A DNA stretch of 64,000 nt from an uncultured Gammaproteobacteria bacterium (GCA_963797555.1 CAWCPV010000003.1:768001-832000); one strand, 5' to 3'. Shown: positions 1-10,611, numbered from the stretch's first letter. The notes: generated by a model from the letters alone, not told the origin. Program-made: numbers and translations.

Positions 1-121
1 ACCTGATCACGTACATGCAATCGCCCGGGTCACCCGCTTGGAAGATTATCTGCCCATCCTTGTATGCTATTACGTTATCGGCGTGTTGCACGAGCTTCTC
101 GAAGCTGGCTACTGAACTCAT
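1..121 (-). CDS. Cyclic nucleotide-binding domain protein (Crp/Fnr-type), 5' part, runs off the window
   Basis: Not in the ORF track. Minus strand from ATG at 121 reads MSSVASFEKLVQHADNVIAYKDGQIIFQAGDPGDCMYVIR, a typical cNMP-domain start; GGAG RBS upstream. Confidence 0.75.
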   Translation of the reverse strand, partial: MSSVASFEKLVQHADNVIAYKDGQIIFQAGDPGDCMYVIR

Positions 122-451
122 AGGGTTGCTCCCGGCATCGTAGTGAGTGAAAGGCTAGCCTCCGCAGTACAACGTTGCAAGGGCCGGGGAGCAAACCATC
201 GACTGGCGACTCTGCGGGGGAATCGGTATGCGTGCAACTCGCCATCAGCGAAGGCCATGAGTTGCTGAAATAGCGCCCAGCCTCGCGCCATGCTTATGAG
301 ATACGTCAAGTGCGTCTCCCAACCCTCTGAAGTGCCGCACGCCGGTGGCACTCGCCGCGACGGACAGTGGGAAGCGCCCATGCGCTCCGGGTCCCAGGTG
401 CGGGAGCAGGGTCTCAAAGAAGGGTCGGCGGACTTGGACCAGTGGCGCCCA

Positions 452-1051
452 TCAGCGGCGCAGGACTTCCCGGAGGTCGGCGACGAACCGAGAGGCAATC
501 TTTCCCAGCGCCTGCTCGAAGGCCAAGGCAGCGTCGGTCGGCGCCGGCGTCGCGGCCGCCGCGGTCGCCTCGTACTCGCGCAGCAGCAACGGTCGTCTGC
601 CGTTGGCTCGGTCCACCTGAAGTTCTAGCTTTACCGCGACGTGCGAGGCGTCACCGTCAACGAGCTGCTCGAAGCGCCAGATCTTCCCGCCGATCACATA
701 GTCGGCAACGGCGGCGGGGTCGTAACGGTCCACGACCCGGGCGACGCCGGCGCTGCGGAGGTAAGCGATGAGGTAGTCGCGCAGCAGCCGTGGCGGCGGG
801 TCCGCCCAGAAGTGGTAGTGGTACTGCTGGAGCACCCTGTGCCCGGCGTCCGTGCTATGCAGCAAGGCCCGCTCGCCGTGGATGCCATCGGAGCGCAGCT
901 CCTCCACGGCCAGGACGGTGTTCACCGGGACCCCTGCGGCGATCTCGGGGGTCTGCAGTCGGTAGAAGCTTTCGTCCGGGACAGGGGGAGCCGCGACGCA
1001 ACCACCCAGCCCGAGCGCGATAAAGGCCGCCGCACGCGCGCTCATGATCAT
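452..1051 (-). CDS. ABC-transport auxiliary lipoprotein (PqiC-like)
   Basis: Lipobox LGGC, YHYHFWADPPPRLL motif, last gene of an MCE operon. Confidence 0.85.
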   Translation of the reverse strand: MIMSARAAAFIALGLGGCVAAPPVPDESFYRLQTPEIAAGVPVNTVLAVEELRSDGIHGERALLHSTDAGHRVLQQYHYHFWADPPPRLLRDYLIAYLRSAGVARVVDRYDPAAVADYVIGGKIWRFEQLVDGDASHVAVKLELQVDRANGRRPLLLREYEATAAAATPAPTDAALAFEQALGKIASRFVADLREVLRR

Positions 1052-1854
1052 CGTAGCGCGCGCTCCGCCGGCCGCGTGATGCCCAACAGAACCGTGGGGT
1101 TCTCGCGCACCTGCCGGCTGAACTCATTCAGGTTCCGGCTTGCGCCATCCAGGCGATGGGAGAGCGCGTCCACACTTTGGGCGATGACGTGCATGGTAGC
1201 CCGTAGCTCTTGAACCGTCGTCCTGAGGTCCTGGCGGTTGTCTGCCACTAGTCCGTCCACGGCGACGACTAGGTGGTCCAGCGCGTGGGTGACACGCCGG
1301 GCGTCGTTCGAAACCTGGAGGAAATTCTCCGTCAAGGTGTTCACATTCCCGAGCAGGGTGGTCAGGTGCTGGCGGTTCTGCTCGCCAAGGCCCTCGCGGA
1401 GGAAGTCCGCGCTCTCGTTGAGCTTGGCCGTGAGCTTGCGCAGATCCTGGATCAGCGCCGTCGCCTGGGTCTCCGCAATACCAGCGCCATCGATACGCAG
1501 GCGGAGGTTGTCCAGCAGCGGCCGCACGTGCTGGTCCATGAGCTGGCGTACATCGGTGGAGATGCCTCCCATGTCGGCCATGTTCTGACGCATCCCGGCC
1601 ACGGAGTCGTTCATGGCAGGCATCACTCGGACACTTGTCGCCATGGCCCCCATGTCCCTGGTAAGAATGTACAGCAGGTAGAACATGATGATCCCGAGAA
1701 CCAGAAGCGCGACCATGGAGAACCGAATGATTTGAGTCGTGCGGCGCCCGATGCGGATGGCGAGAGCCTCGGTCTTGGTCATCGCCGAATTGAGTTCGCG
1801 CAGCGAGCTCTCCACGATCCGCGCAAGCTCTCCGATATCGTGCGGCTGCGGCAT
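1048..1854 (-). CDS. MlaD-helical-region paralog with single TM anchor, no MCE domain
   Basis: C-terminus RLDGASRNLNEFSRQVRENP is nearly identical to the adjacent MlaD; N-terminus is an unrelated TM segment. Confidence 0.7.
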   Translation of the reverse strand: MPQPHDIGELARIVESSLRELNSAMTKTEALAIRIGRRTTQIIRFSMVALLVLGIIMFYLLYILTRDMGAMATSVRVMPAMNDSVAGMRQNMADMGGISTDVRQLMDQHVRPLLDNLRLRIDGAGIAETQATALIQDLRKLTAKLNESADFLREGLGEQNRQHLTTLLGNVNTLTENFLQVSNDARRVTHALDHLVVAVDGLVADNRQDLRTTVQELRATMHVIAQSVDALSHRLDGASRNLNEFSRQVRENPTVLLGITRPAERALR

Positions 1855-2059
1855 CTCCTGACTCGCTTGTTACGAGATTCGTCGCGAGGCTACCACGGTT
1901 CCCGAGGCGATGGTTATTGTGGGCACACCTCTTCCGCGCCCGCCGGGGATGCATCCGCCGCGACCCCGACGCGTGCGTGGGTCCACGGTCGCTGCCAACC
2001 CTCGGAGGGGAGCGCCTGAGACCCCGGCGCTGGCAGTCCCGTCACGCCTCGCAGCAGGG

Positions 2060-3001
2060 CTATTGTAGCGCGCGCTTGGTCGGCCGTGTGGTGCCCAACA
2101 GCAGCGCCGGGTTCTCGCGGATCTGCCGGCTGAACTCATTGAGGTTGCGGCTGGCACCGTCCAGGCGGTAAGAGACCGAGTCGATGCGCTCGGCTATGAC
2201 ACGCATGGAGGTGCGGAGGTCCTGGACGCTGGCTCTGAAGTCTTCTCGGTTATCTTGCACCAGACCGTCCGCGTCCGCGAGCAGCCGGTCGAGGGCACCG
2301 GTGACATGCCGGACGTCCTGCGACACTTGGAGGAAGTTCTTCGAGAAGGTATTGACGTTGCTGAGAAACGAGGCCAATTGCCTTCGGTTGTCCTGGCCGA
2401 GAGCCTCACCGAGAGAGTCGGCGCTCCTGTCGAGCTTGGCCAGCAGCTTCCGCAAGTCCTGAAACGCAGCCGTGGTTTGGGCCTCGACGTTGGCGGCAAC
2501 GCCATCGACGCGTCGGTTCAGGCTCTGGAGCAAGGGCTGCGCGCTTTCGTCGATGAGTCGACGTGCGTCCGAGGCCACATCGTTGATAGCCGCGAACAGG
2601 TCATCCCCTTCCCTGCCAGGTATCTCCGAATTCGCGGTCAAGAGCTGTCGCGCTCGCCCCTCCAGGATCTCGATCGAGACGGCCGACAACAGGCCACTCA
2701 TGGCTATCTTGGCCACGCTGTCCCGCGGCACCGGCCAGCCTTGTCGGACACTCAGCTCCACCCGATACCGCAGCCCTTGGGCGGACGGTTGCGGCGTCAC
2801 CTTCTCCACCTGCCCCACCTGGTAGCCCTCATAGAGGACGGGCGTGCCGGGCTTGACGCCAGTGACGTTGTGATAGATGACGTAATACGCATCCGTGGGC
2901 CCCCTGCGTCCCGTTATCGCCAGCAGCACGACCACGAAAGCGACCGCCATGGCCAGGACGAAGCTGCCCACCGTCAGGTAGTTGACCGTATCGCGCCTCA
3001 T
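2060..3001 (-). CDS. mlaD: MCE/MlaD family protein
   Basis: N-terminal TM, MCE motif VTGVKPGTPVLYEGYQVGQV, long helical tail. Confidence 0.9.
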   Translation of the reverse strand: MRRDTVNYLTVGSFVLAMAVAFVVVLLAITGRRGPTDAYYVIYHNVTGVKPGTPVLYEGYQVGQVEKVTPQPSAQGLRYRVELSVRQGWPVPRDSVAKIAMSGLLSAVSIEILEGRARQLLTANSEIPGREGDDLFAAINDVASDARRLIDESAQPLLQSLNRRVDGVAANVEAQTTAAFQDLRKLLAKLDRSADSLGEALGQDNRRQLASFLSNVNTFSKNFLQVSQDVRHVTGALDRLLADADGLVQDNREDFRASVQDLRTSMRVIAERIDSVSYRLDGASRNLNEFSRQIRENPALLLGTTRPTKRALQ

Positions 3002-3028
3002 CCAGCCTGTAGTCGCTGATCCTGCACG

Positions 3029-3826
3029 TCAGCCGGTGAGGCGGCGGAGGTACTCCTCCGCGTCCACCATCGCCTCCCGCGGGCGTCTGTGCAACAGGTC
3101 CTGCACCCGGGAGTCGTCCGAAGCGCGCACCTCTTCCACCGTGCCCACCAGCAGGATCTCCCCCTGGTCCAGCACGGCGATGCGGTCGGCGATCTTGAGC
3201 GCACTCTCCAACTCGTGGGTGACGACGACGATGGTGGTTCCCATCGCGTCCCGTACTCTCAGGATGAGGTCGTCGAGCTCCGCCGACACCACCGGATCCA
3301 AGCCGGCTGAGGGTTCATCGAAGAACAGCAGCGGCGGGTCCATCACGGTCGCCCGAGCCAAGGCGGCACGCTTGATCATTCCTCCGGATAGCTGAGCGGG
3401 CATCAGCGCGTCGAACCCGCTCAGATTGACCAGCTCCAGCTTCAGGCGGCACATGATGTGAATCGTGCTCTCATCCAGTTGGGTGTGCTCGCGAAGCGGC
3501 AGAGCGACATTCTCGCCCACCGTCATGGACGTGAACAGCGCACCGCCCTGAAAGGCCACTCCCATCTTCTTTCGCAGGTCCTGCATCTGCTGCGCGCTGA
3601 GCAGATTGATGTCCTTGCCGAGAAGCCGGATCGTTCCCGAGGTGGGCCGTTTCAGACCGAGCAGATGCCAAAGCAGCGTGCTCTTCCCGCTGCCGCTTCC
3701 GCCCATGATGACCAGAATCTCTCCCCGGTGAACGCACAGGCTCACGCCCTTGAGGATGACCCGATCCCCGTAGTGGGTGACCAGGCTGTCCACCTCGATG
3801 ACTGGTACAGTGCCGGGTCCCCCCAT
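3029..3826 (-). CDS. mlaF: ABC transporter ATP-binding protein, MlaF family
   Basis: Walker A GGSGSGKS, LSGGM signature, FFDEPSAGLDP. Confidence 0.92.
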   Translation of the reverse strand: MGGPGTVPVIEVDSLVTHYGDRVILKGVSLCVHRGEILVIMGGSGSGKSTLLWHLLGLKRPTSGTIRLLGKDINLLSAQQMQDLRKKMGVAFQGGALFTSMTVGENVALPLREHTQLDESTIHIMCRLKLELVNLSGFDALMPAQLSGGMIKRAALARATVMDPPLLFFDEPSAGLDPVVSAELDDLILRVRDAMGTTIVVVTHELESALKIADRIAVLDQGEILLVGTVEEVRASDDSRVQDLLHRRPREAMVDAEEYLRRLTG

Positions 3827-3827
3827 G

Positions 3828-4640
3828 TCAACGCGTGAGAACGAAGGTGAAGGCCATGTCGGCGATGAGAATGTACGCGATCGACAGGACCACCGAGCGG
3901 GTCGTAGCGCGTCCCACGCCCTCGGCTCCCCCCGCGACGCTGAACCCGTTGCTCACCCCAATTAGAACGATGATGACGGCGAACACCAGGCTCTTGAGAA
4001 GGCCATGACGGACGTCGTCCACGCTCAGCACCTCCAGGCTGCGGTCCACATAGGCCTGCAGAGTCATGCCCATCTCGATCCCGCTGTACAGGCCACCGCC
4101 CAGGATCCCCAGCATGTCCGCAAGCAAAGTCAGGCACGGCAACATCAGCAGCATGCCCAGCAAGGCCGGGGCGACCAGATAGCGCACAGGGCTCACGCCC
4201 ATCACGCGCAAGGCGTCGATCTCCTGGGAGACCTGCATGGTTCCGAGACGCGCCGTGAGGGCCGAGCCGGACCTTCCGGCAACCAGGATACCGGTGATGA
4301 GGGGTGCGAACTCCCGCGTGACCGAGAGGGCGATCCCGAGCACGACTTGGGACTCGGCACCAAAGGTCCTGAGAGTGTGGATGCCCTGGATGGCCAGCAT
4401 GACGCCCACTGTCATGGAGAGCACCGCGACGATGGGCACCGCCTGCACCCCCATCTCCATCATCTGGCCGAATACTGCCGCTGCCCGGACGGGCTGGCGC
4501 CGCCGCGCTCCGGCGAGGAGCCAGTAGAGACTCTCGATCAGTAGACTGGCCGCGTAGCCGAGCTCTTCTACGCCTGCCACCGTGCGTCGCCCCACACCCT
4601 CTACGTAGCCGAGGACCGAAGGGCGCCGAGGGGAGGTCAC
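3828..4640 (-). CDS. mlaE: MlaE family ABC permease
   Basis: REFAPLITGILVAGRSGSA and EIDALRVMG motifs; likely GTG start at 4640 after GGAGG. Confidence 0.9.
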   Translation of the reverse strand: MTSPRRPSVLGYVEGVGRRTVAGVEELGYAASLLIESLYWLLAGARRRQPVRAAAVFGQMMEMGVQAVPIVAVLSMTVGVMLAIQGIHTLRTFGAESQVVLGIALSVTREFAPLITGILVAGRSGSALTARLGTMQVSQEIDALRVMGVSPVRYLVAPALLGMLLMLPCLTLLADMLGILGGGLYSGIEMGMTLQAYVDRSLEVLSVDDVRHGLLKSLVFAVIIVLIGVSNGFSVAGGAEGVGRATTRSVVLSIAYILIADMAFTFVLTR

Positions 4641-4766
4641 AGCGCGGGCCTCCTCCCGGGCTGCCTGGGGGCGCCGGCCCTGGCCGTTTGTCGGAACCCC
4701 GTGGACCCAGGAGGGGCTTTCAACGGACCCTCTCCGGTCCACTCGGGCGGCGCACCGGCATGAGCT

Positions 4767-5099
4767 TTAATGACCGGCTCGCCGGTATTCGGCCACGGAG
4801 GCATAGATCGGAAACACCTGGTCCAAACGCGCCAGCCGCAGCACGCAGAGCGCCTCGAAGCTCACGTCCACCAAGGCGAAGCGACCCCCACTCTTGCGGG
4901 CGACTTGGTATGCTTCCACGAGACAGGCCACACCGGAGCTGTCGAGGTAGGTGACGCCCGAGAGGTCCACCAGCAGGCTTCCCCGGCGGGTCAGTTCCTG
5001 GAGGACAAGCCGCCGCGCCTCCGGGGAGGAGGAGATGTTGATCTCGCCGGTGAGGAACGCCACCGCGTAGCCGTCCTGCTCCTGCACGGTGTAGGTCAC
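4767..5099 (-). CDS. STAS-domain anti-sigma factor antagonist
   Basis: DLSGVTYLDSSGVACL with the phosphorylatable Ser; probable GTG start at 5099 (the longer ORF extends into a MITE). Confidence 0.88.
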   Translation of the reverse strand: MTYTVQEQDGYAVAFLTGEINISSSPEARRLVLQELTRRGSLLVDLSGVTYLDSSGVACLVEAYQVARKSGGRFALVDVSFEALCVLRLARLDQVFPIYASVAEYRRAGH

Positions 5100-5181
5100 C
5101 GGGCGCAACCCCTGCGGAGCATCCGCTGCGCCGCGCACAGGCGCGCCCAAGACTGCGGTACCGCCGCCGACACGGGACTGA

Positions 5182-5470
5182 GAGCTTGCAAATAAATCTG
5201 CTGCGCATCCCGATAGCGGCGTTGCGCGGTGGTCATGGCGTACCTCCCTGTACGCCACCCTTCGGGGCGTCCCGCGGACGTGCCGAATGGCTATCCTGCC
5301 ATTCGGTCATGGCGTACCTCCCTGTACGCCACCCTTCGGGGCGTCCCGCGGACGTGCCGAATGGCTGTCCTGCCATTCGGTCGCTCCTCGCCTATCCACT
5401 TGATATGTCTCGTCCCTGCGCTCCGTGCACCTTGCTCTCAAGCCGCTCGCGACGATTTCTTCACAAGCTC
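5182..5470. mobile_element. MITE-like element containing a 74-bp tandem duplication
   Basis: Termini GAGCTTGCAAATAAATC / GATTTCTTCACAAGCTC, TGA on both flanks; internal units 5231-5304 and 5305-5378 are near identical. Confidence 0.7.
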
Positions 5471-5771
5471 TGAGAGTTCCTCGCCTATCGACTGGATAGG
5501 ACTCGTAACCGTGCTCCGCCACGTTTAGCTCACAAGTTCAAGGCCAGAAGCATCCGCGAGCACCGGTCCGAGCACCGGCCTGGACTCCCGGCCGCGATGG
5601 TCGCACACACATCTAGTGTTCCCCCCCCGGCGCCGTTCGCCCGGCATTCGTTACCGAGCGCACACAGGGTGAGTCCCCCGGGCCATGAATTGCCGCCAAG
5701 CTCAGCCTGGCGGCATAACGGGCAGATCGAGCTTCTGCCCGCCGCCATTATTCCGCATCCCCGGAGGAATT

Positions 5772-7088
5772 TCACCCGCGTGGGCGGTCTGGCCCATCCG
5801 CCGCTGCTGACGCCGCGTGGGGACTTCCCACCAGCAGCAACGTAATGTCGTCGCGGCGTCTTGAGCTGTGTTCCAGAACTTGTCGCGCGACGCTCTCGAT
5901 CCGTTCTCTTGGAGGAAGCTCAGCAGCCTGCGATAGGGCCTGCTGCAGTCCTTCGATGCCAAAGACCCGCCCCGCGGCGTCTACCGCCTCCGTGATGCCA
6001 TCGGTGAACAGATACAGCAGCCCATCCTGGAGGGACACCTGAGTTTCCGGGATCTGGAGCCCAGACAGCACCCCGAGGGGCGGTCCCGCGTCGCCCACGC
6101 TGTGGTACATGCCGCCCACGGTGCGCAGCAACGGCGCCGGATGTCCGGCATTCGCGAACGTCACCTCCCCTTTCTGCGGGTCGAGCCATCCAGCCACCGC
6201 GCTCACGAATTTCCCGCGAATTGCGGTCTCGTACAGCTCTTCGTTCACGCGCGACAGCAGCTCGGAGGGCGAGGCCAGGGTCTTGCCCAGGCAGCGCAGC
6301 AGACTGATGGATTTGGCCATGAGGAGGGCCGCGTCCACACCTTTGCCGGCCACGTCGCCGATGCTGAAGACAATGCGTCCGTCCGGACACCTGAAATAGT
6401 CGTAGAAGTCTCCGGATACCTCGTAGGCCGGGAGGTTCACGCCGGCCACCGGGAGCGCTGCCGTCCCGGGGCCGGGGAGCAGGCTGCGTTGAATCTCGCC
6501 GGCCAGCTCCAGCTCGCGGCGGATGCGCTCCTGCTCGACCAGCGACTGGGCCATGCCCGCATTGCGGATCGCAAGCGCGGCCAAGGACGCCAGCGCGCCG
6601 AGCACGTGCCGGTCGCGCTCATCGAACAGGCCGTCGCCTCCCTGCTTGTTGAGGACCTCGAGGGCACCGATGCAGGCACTGCCGACACGCAGCGGGGCAC
6701 TCAGGATAGAGCGCGTCAGGAATCCCGTGGTCTGGTCAACGTCCCCGGCGAAGTCCGGGTCCGACCGAACGTCTCTCACCATGTAGCAGGCGGCGTCGCG
6801 CACCGTCCGCCCGACGACGCCCTGACTCACGGGAAGGCGCACACCGGTGATGTCCATGGGGCCGGCGCACGCCCTGCAGACCAGCTCCCCCCCGTCCTCC
6901 AGAAGGAACAGGGAACTCGCTTCCGCATCGAGGTATGACTTCATGCGCCGGACTACGTGCTGCAGCGTCTCCTCGATCTTCAGCGAGCCGGCGAAATCCT
7001 CCGCCGCCGACACCAGCAGCTCGAGGTGCTCGTCGAACTCCGCTCGGGCCTCCGCCTCGCGCAGCCGTTCCGAGGTGACATCAGGCAT
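5772..7088 (-). CDS. GAF + SpoIIE/PP2C phosphatase (RsbU-like)
   Basis: GAF domain, VSGDFYD, IGDVAGKG, FTDGITEA, DDITLL; likely ATG at 7088. Confidence 0.92.
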   Translation of the reverse strand: MPDVTSERLREAEARAEFDEHLELLVSAAEDFAGSLKIEETLQHVVRRMKSYLDAEASSLFLLEDGGELVCRACAGPMDITGVRLPVSQGVVGRTVRDAACYMVRDVRSDPDFAGDVDQTTGFLTRSILSAPLRVGSACIGALEVLNKQGGDGLFDERDRHVLGALASLAALAIRNAGMAQSLVEQERIRRELELAGEIQRSLLPGPGTAALPVAGVNLPAYEVSGDFYDYFRCPDGRIVFSIGDVAGKGVDAALLMAKSISLLRCLGKTLASPSELLSRVNEELYETAIRGKFVSAVAGWLDPQKGEVTFANAGHPAPLLRTVGGMYHSVGDAGPPLGVLSGLQIPETQVSLQDGLLYLFTDGITEAVDAAGRVFGIEGLQQALSQAAELPPRERIESVARQVLEHSSRRRDDITLLLVGSPHAASAAADGPDRPRG

Positions 7089-7570
7089 GGATCGCCTTCC
7101 GGCGCCGCGTGGCCGCCGGACCGCCGACCCCCGCGAGCAGGGGTACGCTGTCAGCCGCAACATCGTCATGGGCTCTTGTGTCGAGGGCGCATGAGCGCCT
7201 CGGTGGTGACGATTATCCTACGGACTCGTCTGGCCCGCACCCGCGCATGCCATCCGCGCGCTGGAGCCCTGGCGGTGCTGAGCCAGTGCCGAAGCGGCGT
7301 TTCTCGTCATTCCCGCCGGGCGCATGGGCACCGGAATACCGTCCGGCAGCCCGCGGCGAGCGAGCATCAAAACCGTTCGGCTGTTGGCTTGGTCATCTCG
7401 GAGACGTTATAACCCATGGCAAGACGCGCTGAACGGAATCCGTAGACCTCTGCTTCAGAGCCAATAGCCGCTGGTCGAGTTTGCGCCTGTCCGCGCTCAC
7501 GCTCGCCGCGGCGCAGGATACGCCGCCAAGCGCCTCGGTCTCGGCAATCACCGGATGCAGCTCGGGCAGT

Positions 7571-7680
7571 GAGATATTGTGAGTGCATCTGTTGCGCGTT
7601 CCGACGGGAGGCGCTGCGCGGTGCTCATAGCGCACCTCCCTGTACACCACGCCGAATGGCTATCCTGCCATTCGGTCGCG
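7571..7680. repeat. Degenerate partial copy of the 5182-5470 MITE
   Basis: Shares TCTG.TGCGC...TGCGCGGTG.TCAT.GCG.ACCTCCCTGTAC and GCCGAATGGCTATCCTGCCATTCGGTCGC. Confidence 0.7.
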
Positions 7681-7768
7681 CGGCCACCGGTAAGGTATCC
7701 TGCACATGCATTTGCTCGACCGCCGGACGCACGGATGCGAGAGGATCACGCCGCCCGCTCTCGCCCAT

Positions 7769-8134
7769 TCAGTGCCCCGCCAAGATGAGGACCCACGCCA
7801 TGAGGGCTAGCAGTAGCGTACAAAACACCGCCGCCGAGCCCAGGTCCTTGGAGCGCCCCGCGAGATCGTCGCGTTCCGATCCGCCTCGGTCGACCGCCGC
7901 TTCGATGGAGGAGTTGATTAGCTCTACGATCAGCACCAGCCACCAACTGCCGATGAGCACTATGCGCTCCAGAGCGCTGTGTCCAAAACGGAGCCCCAGC
8001 GGGACCGCAATGGCGAGAACGAGGAGTTCCTGGCGGAACGCCTGCTCATAACGTAGTGCCGCGTGTATGCCCGATACCGAGTAACGTGTCGCCCTGGCAA
8101 CGCGCAGCAAGGGGTTGACACTGTGATTGGACAT
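7769..8134 (-). CDS. dgkA: Diacylglycerol kinase
   Basis: EQAFRQE, VELINSSIEAAVDR, SKDLGSAAV motifs. Confidence 0.93.
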   Translation of the reverse strand: MSNHSVNPLLRVARATRYSVSGIHAALRYEQAFRQELLVLAIAVPLGLRFGHSALERIVLIGSWWLVLIVELINSSIEAAVDRGGSERDDLAGRSKDLGSAAVFCTLLLALMAWVLILAGH

Positions 8135-8509
8135 CGGGGGTCTCCAGGGCGGACGCGCAACAATTCTATGCCGATTCGCCGGCGTCGCGGTAATCCCGGA
8201 GTTTCCCGAGGCGCCCTATCGGGCGACGGGGCGCGGTCGCCCATCGCGCGGTACAGACCAAGCTCGTCGCCGAGGATGATGCGCGCCATCATCGCTGCAC
8301 CCCCATGGCGGTGACTAGCTTGTCCATGAGCTCTTCAGTTCGGCCTCGTTCATTGCCTACCTACGTTCTCCGGAAAACACCTACGTATCGGACTGCCTCT
8401 TCCCGTGGAGAATCCTCCTCTCTTTCTGGCCGGGATGCCTGACACCGGACCTCAGCGGCGTGCGTCTTTGGCGCGTCCAGTGAATGACCCGCCGTGCCAG
8501 CCGATCATC

Positions 8510-8750
8510 TCAGACACCCTCCTCCGCCTTGCGCGGTCTTCCTTTCGGCAGCGGTGCCACGCGGCGGGCCGCGGCGGATGCAATCTGTTCCGTGAAACGC
8601 TCCGACCCCAGCACCCACCCCTTGCTGGTAGCCTCGCGAAGCTCCTTCAGCGTCGCTTGCCCGATATGGCCTTTGAACAAGGCGCCGTACGCTGTCTGCC
8701 GCGTAGACTCTTATAGAATTGCGAGCGATGTAGCGCTGGCGGTAGCATGG
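8510..8750 (-). pseudogene. RAYT-like transposase 3' remnant
   Basis: Reads RQTAYGALFKGHIGQATLKELREATSKGWVLGSERFTEQI...GRPRK, homologous to the C-terminus of 10771-11469; ends in GTGTCTGA. Confidence 0.7.
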
Positions 8751-8829
8751 GCGCCTACTACCCTAATCTGTCTGCGCAAGACCCAGCGAAGCGGGACATG
8801 AGGGACGAGACATTGCGAGGCACTGGACT

Positions 8830-9207
8830 TTGGAGGGGTCGATGGCAACGGCATGGGACACCCTGACAGGGAAGAGTATTGAGTGGACAGGCGTTCACCA
8901 CTCCGTGCATGGGGACTTCAACGACCTCTCGACCCATGTAGTAAGCTACGAGACCGAAGACACATGGTACGTGACAGCTGATGGGAAACTCGTAGGCGAA
9001 GCGACATACACGTACAAGAAGTTGGACGACCGAATGGCGATCCTGATCTACCGACCCGAGCGCTACCAAGGCAGAGCCGACGTCGTTTTGTACGCAATGC
9101 TGGATTTCGCACAGGCGACCGATCGCGCCGTTATCCTCGCGGGGGGCGAGCCGTTCGCGGTTGCGGACGGCACCATACGCGAAGTCGCTACTCCGCCGCG
9201 ACCGTAG
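8830..9207 (+). CDS. Small beta-barrel hypothetical protein (possibly MoaF-like)
   Basis: Clean ORF with alternating beta-strand pattern; probable ATG at 8842 after GGAGG. Family call is weak. Confidence 0.5.
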   Translation: MEGSMATAWDTLTGKSIEWTGVHHSVHGDFNDLSTHVVSYETEDTWYVTADGKLVGEATYTYKKLDDRMAILIYRPERYQGRADVVLYAMLDFAQATDRAVILAGGEPFAVADGTIREVATPPRP

Positions 9208-9297
9208 CGGTACCGTTCGGGACATGCCGCTTAACGGCGATTAGGGGACCCGACGACAGGTATCAACGCCTCACGCTAGGCGGGGAGCTGCCGGGTC

Positions 9298-10570
9298 TCA
9301 GCCATTCACGATGCCATCCGCGATTCTGGCAGCGAGCGCGACGCCCGTGAGCGTCGGATTGACGGCCATTCGTGTAGGAATCAGCCCGTTCGTTGCCAGG
9401 CGGAGATTGTCGAAACCCCAGACCCGGCCGTTGTAGTCGGCAACGCCGGTACCTGCCGAGCAGGCTGGTGAGCTCGTCCGCATCCCCTTCGGCACCCGCG
9501 AGTCTCGACTCGTCGGCCGCGGAGAGAGGTACTTCGAAACTGGGCCGGCTACGCTCGTCGAAACGGATTCCATTCTTTTCGTCAACGTCGACCGGGCAGA
9601 TGAGTTGCATCTCGACAATTCGGTTCGGGTCGATCGCCACGTCCGGTTCCGTCGGCTTGAATGGCGACACGTCGCGCAGGACTAGCGCATACCACTCCGC
9701 CGCTCCGGTCGGAGGGATCTGCAGGCGCGGCACGCGGTCGGGGACCCCCGGCTCGGCGCACACGCTCGCGTCGAGAACCAGTTGGGTGATCAGGATGGGG
9801 TGGTAGGAAAGCCAGCGCCCCAATGCCCGCGGACGGATCCCGGACCGGTGGAGAAGCTCGGGTGTGCCGATCGCGCCGGCGGCGATGACGACCTCTTTGG
9901 CTTCGATCGTCTCGGTCCCCACGACCACGCCGGTGATCCTGGAGCCATGCCCGACCACGGCGCTCACGTCCGCGCGGGAGATCCGGACCCGCCTGGACGT
10001 GGCCGTCGAACCGGCCAGGATGTCGTATGGCGCGGAGAAATGGAGATCGCCTTCGGCGTCGAACCGGGCGGCAACCGGCAATGCGCTGATAGTGCGTCCA
10101 CGCGCAGCCAGATGACCCGCAAGCTTGGCCCGGATACGTCGCTGGCGCAGCGATGCCTCGAACCCCTCGGCTTCCACCCCGAGATACTTCTCCGCGATCG
10201 CGTAATACTCGTCCCATTGGGCGGATGTGAGGGCACCCCAGCGGGCGTCGCCGCGCGGACAGAGGTTCGTCCAAATCACCCCTTGGCCGCCGCGCGCCCT
10301 CGTGACCGCTGCGCCTGGCAGACGGTCACGGGGGGCCGCGCTGTCGAAGTGCGCGAGATGGCCGGCTGCAACTTCGAGATAGGCGTCCGGATCTCTCCGG
10401 AAGCAAGCATCGTTACGTACATGTGATCCAGGGGGGTCTGAGATCGCGGGCCCCTGCTCGAGGATCAAGACACTCCGCCCGTGCTCGGCGAGTCTGCGCG
10501 CTACGGTCGTACCAAGCGGGCCGCTGCCCACGATCAGCACGTCAAATTTCTGGGCCATCGAGTCCGCCAA
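9298..10570 (-). pseudogene. GMC oxidoreductase (pyranose-oxidase-like) with deletion near 9450
   Basis: GSGPLG FAD motif, RARGGQGVIW, C-terminal VNPTLT in another frame; the His-x-x-GT segment expected before GVAD..GRVWG is missing. Confidence 0.75.
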
Positions 10571-10611
10571 ATGGGAGGGTCCTTCGTTGCGCAGACCGGG
10601 GCCTGGAGCCG

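Noticed and set aside
5231-5378. CRISPR array
   Set aside because: Two contiguous 74-bp units with no unique spacers, and no cas genes in the window.
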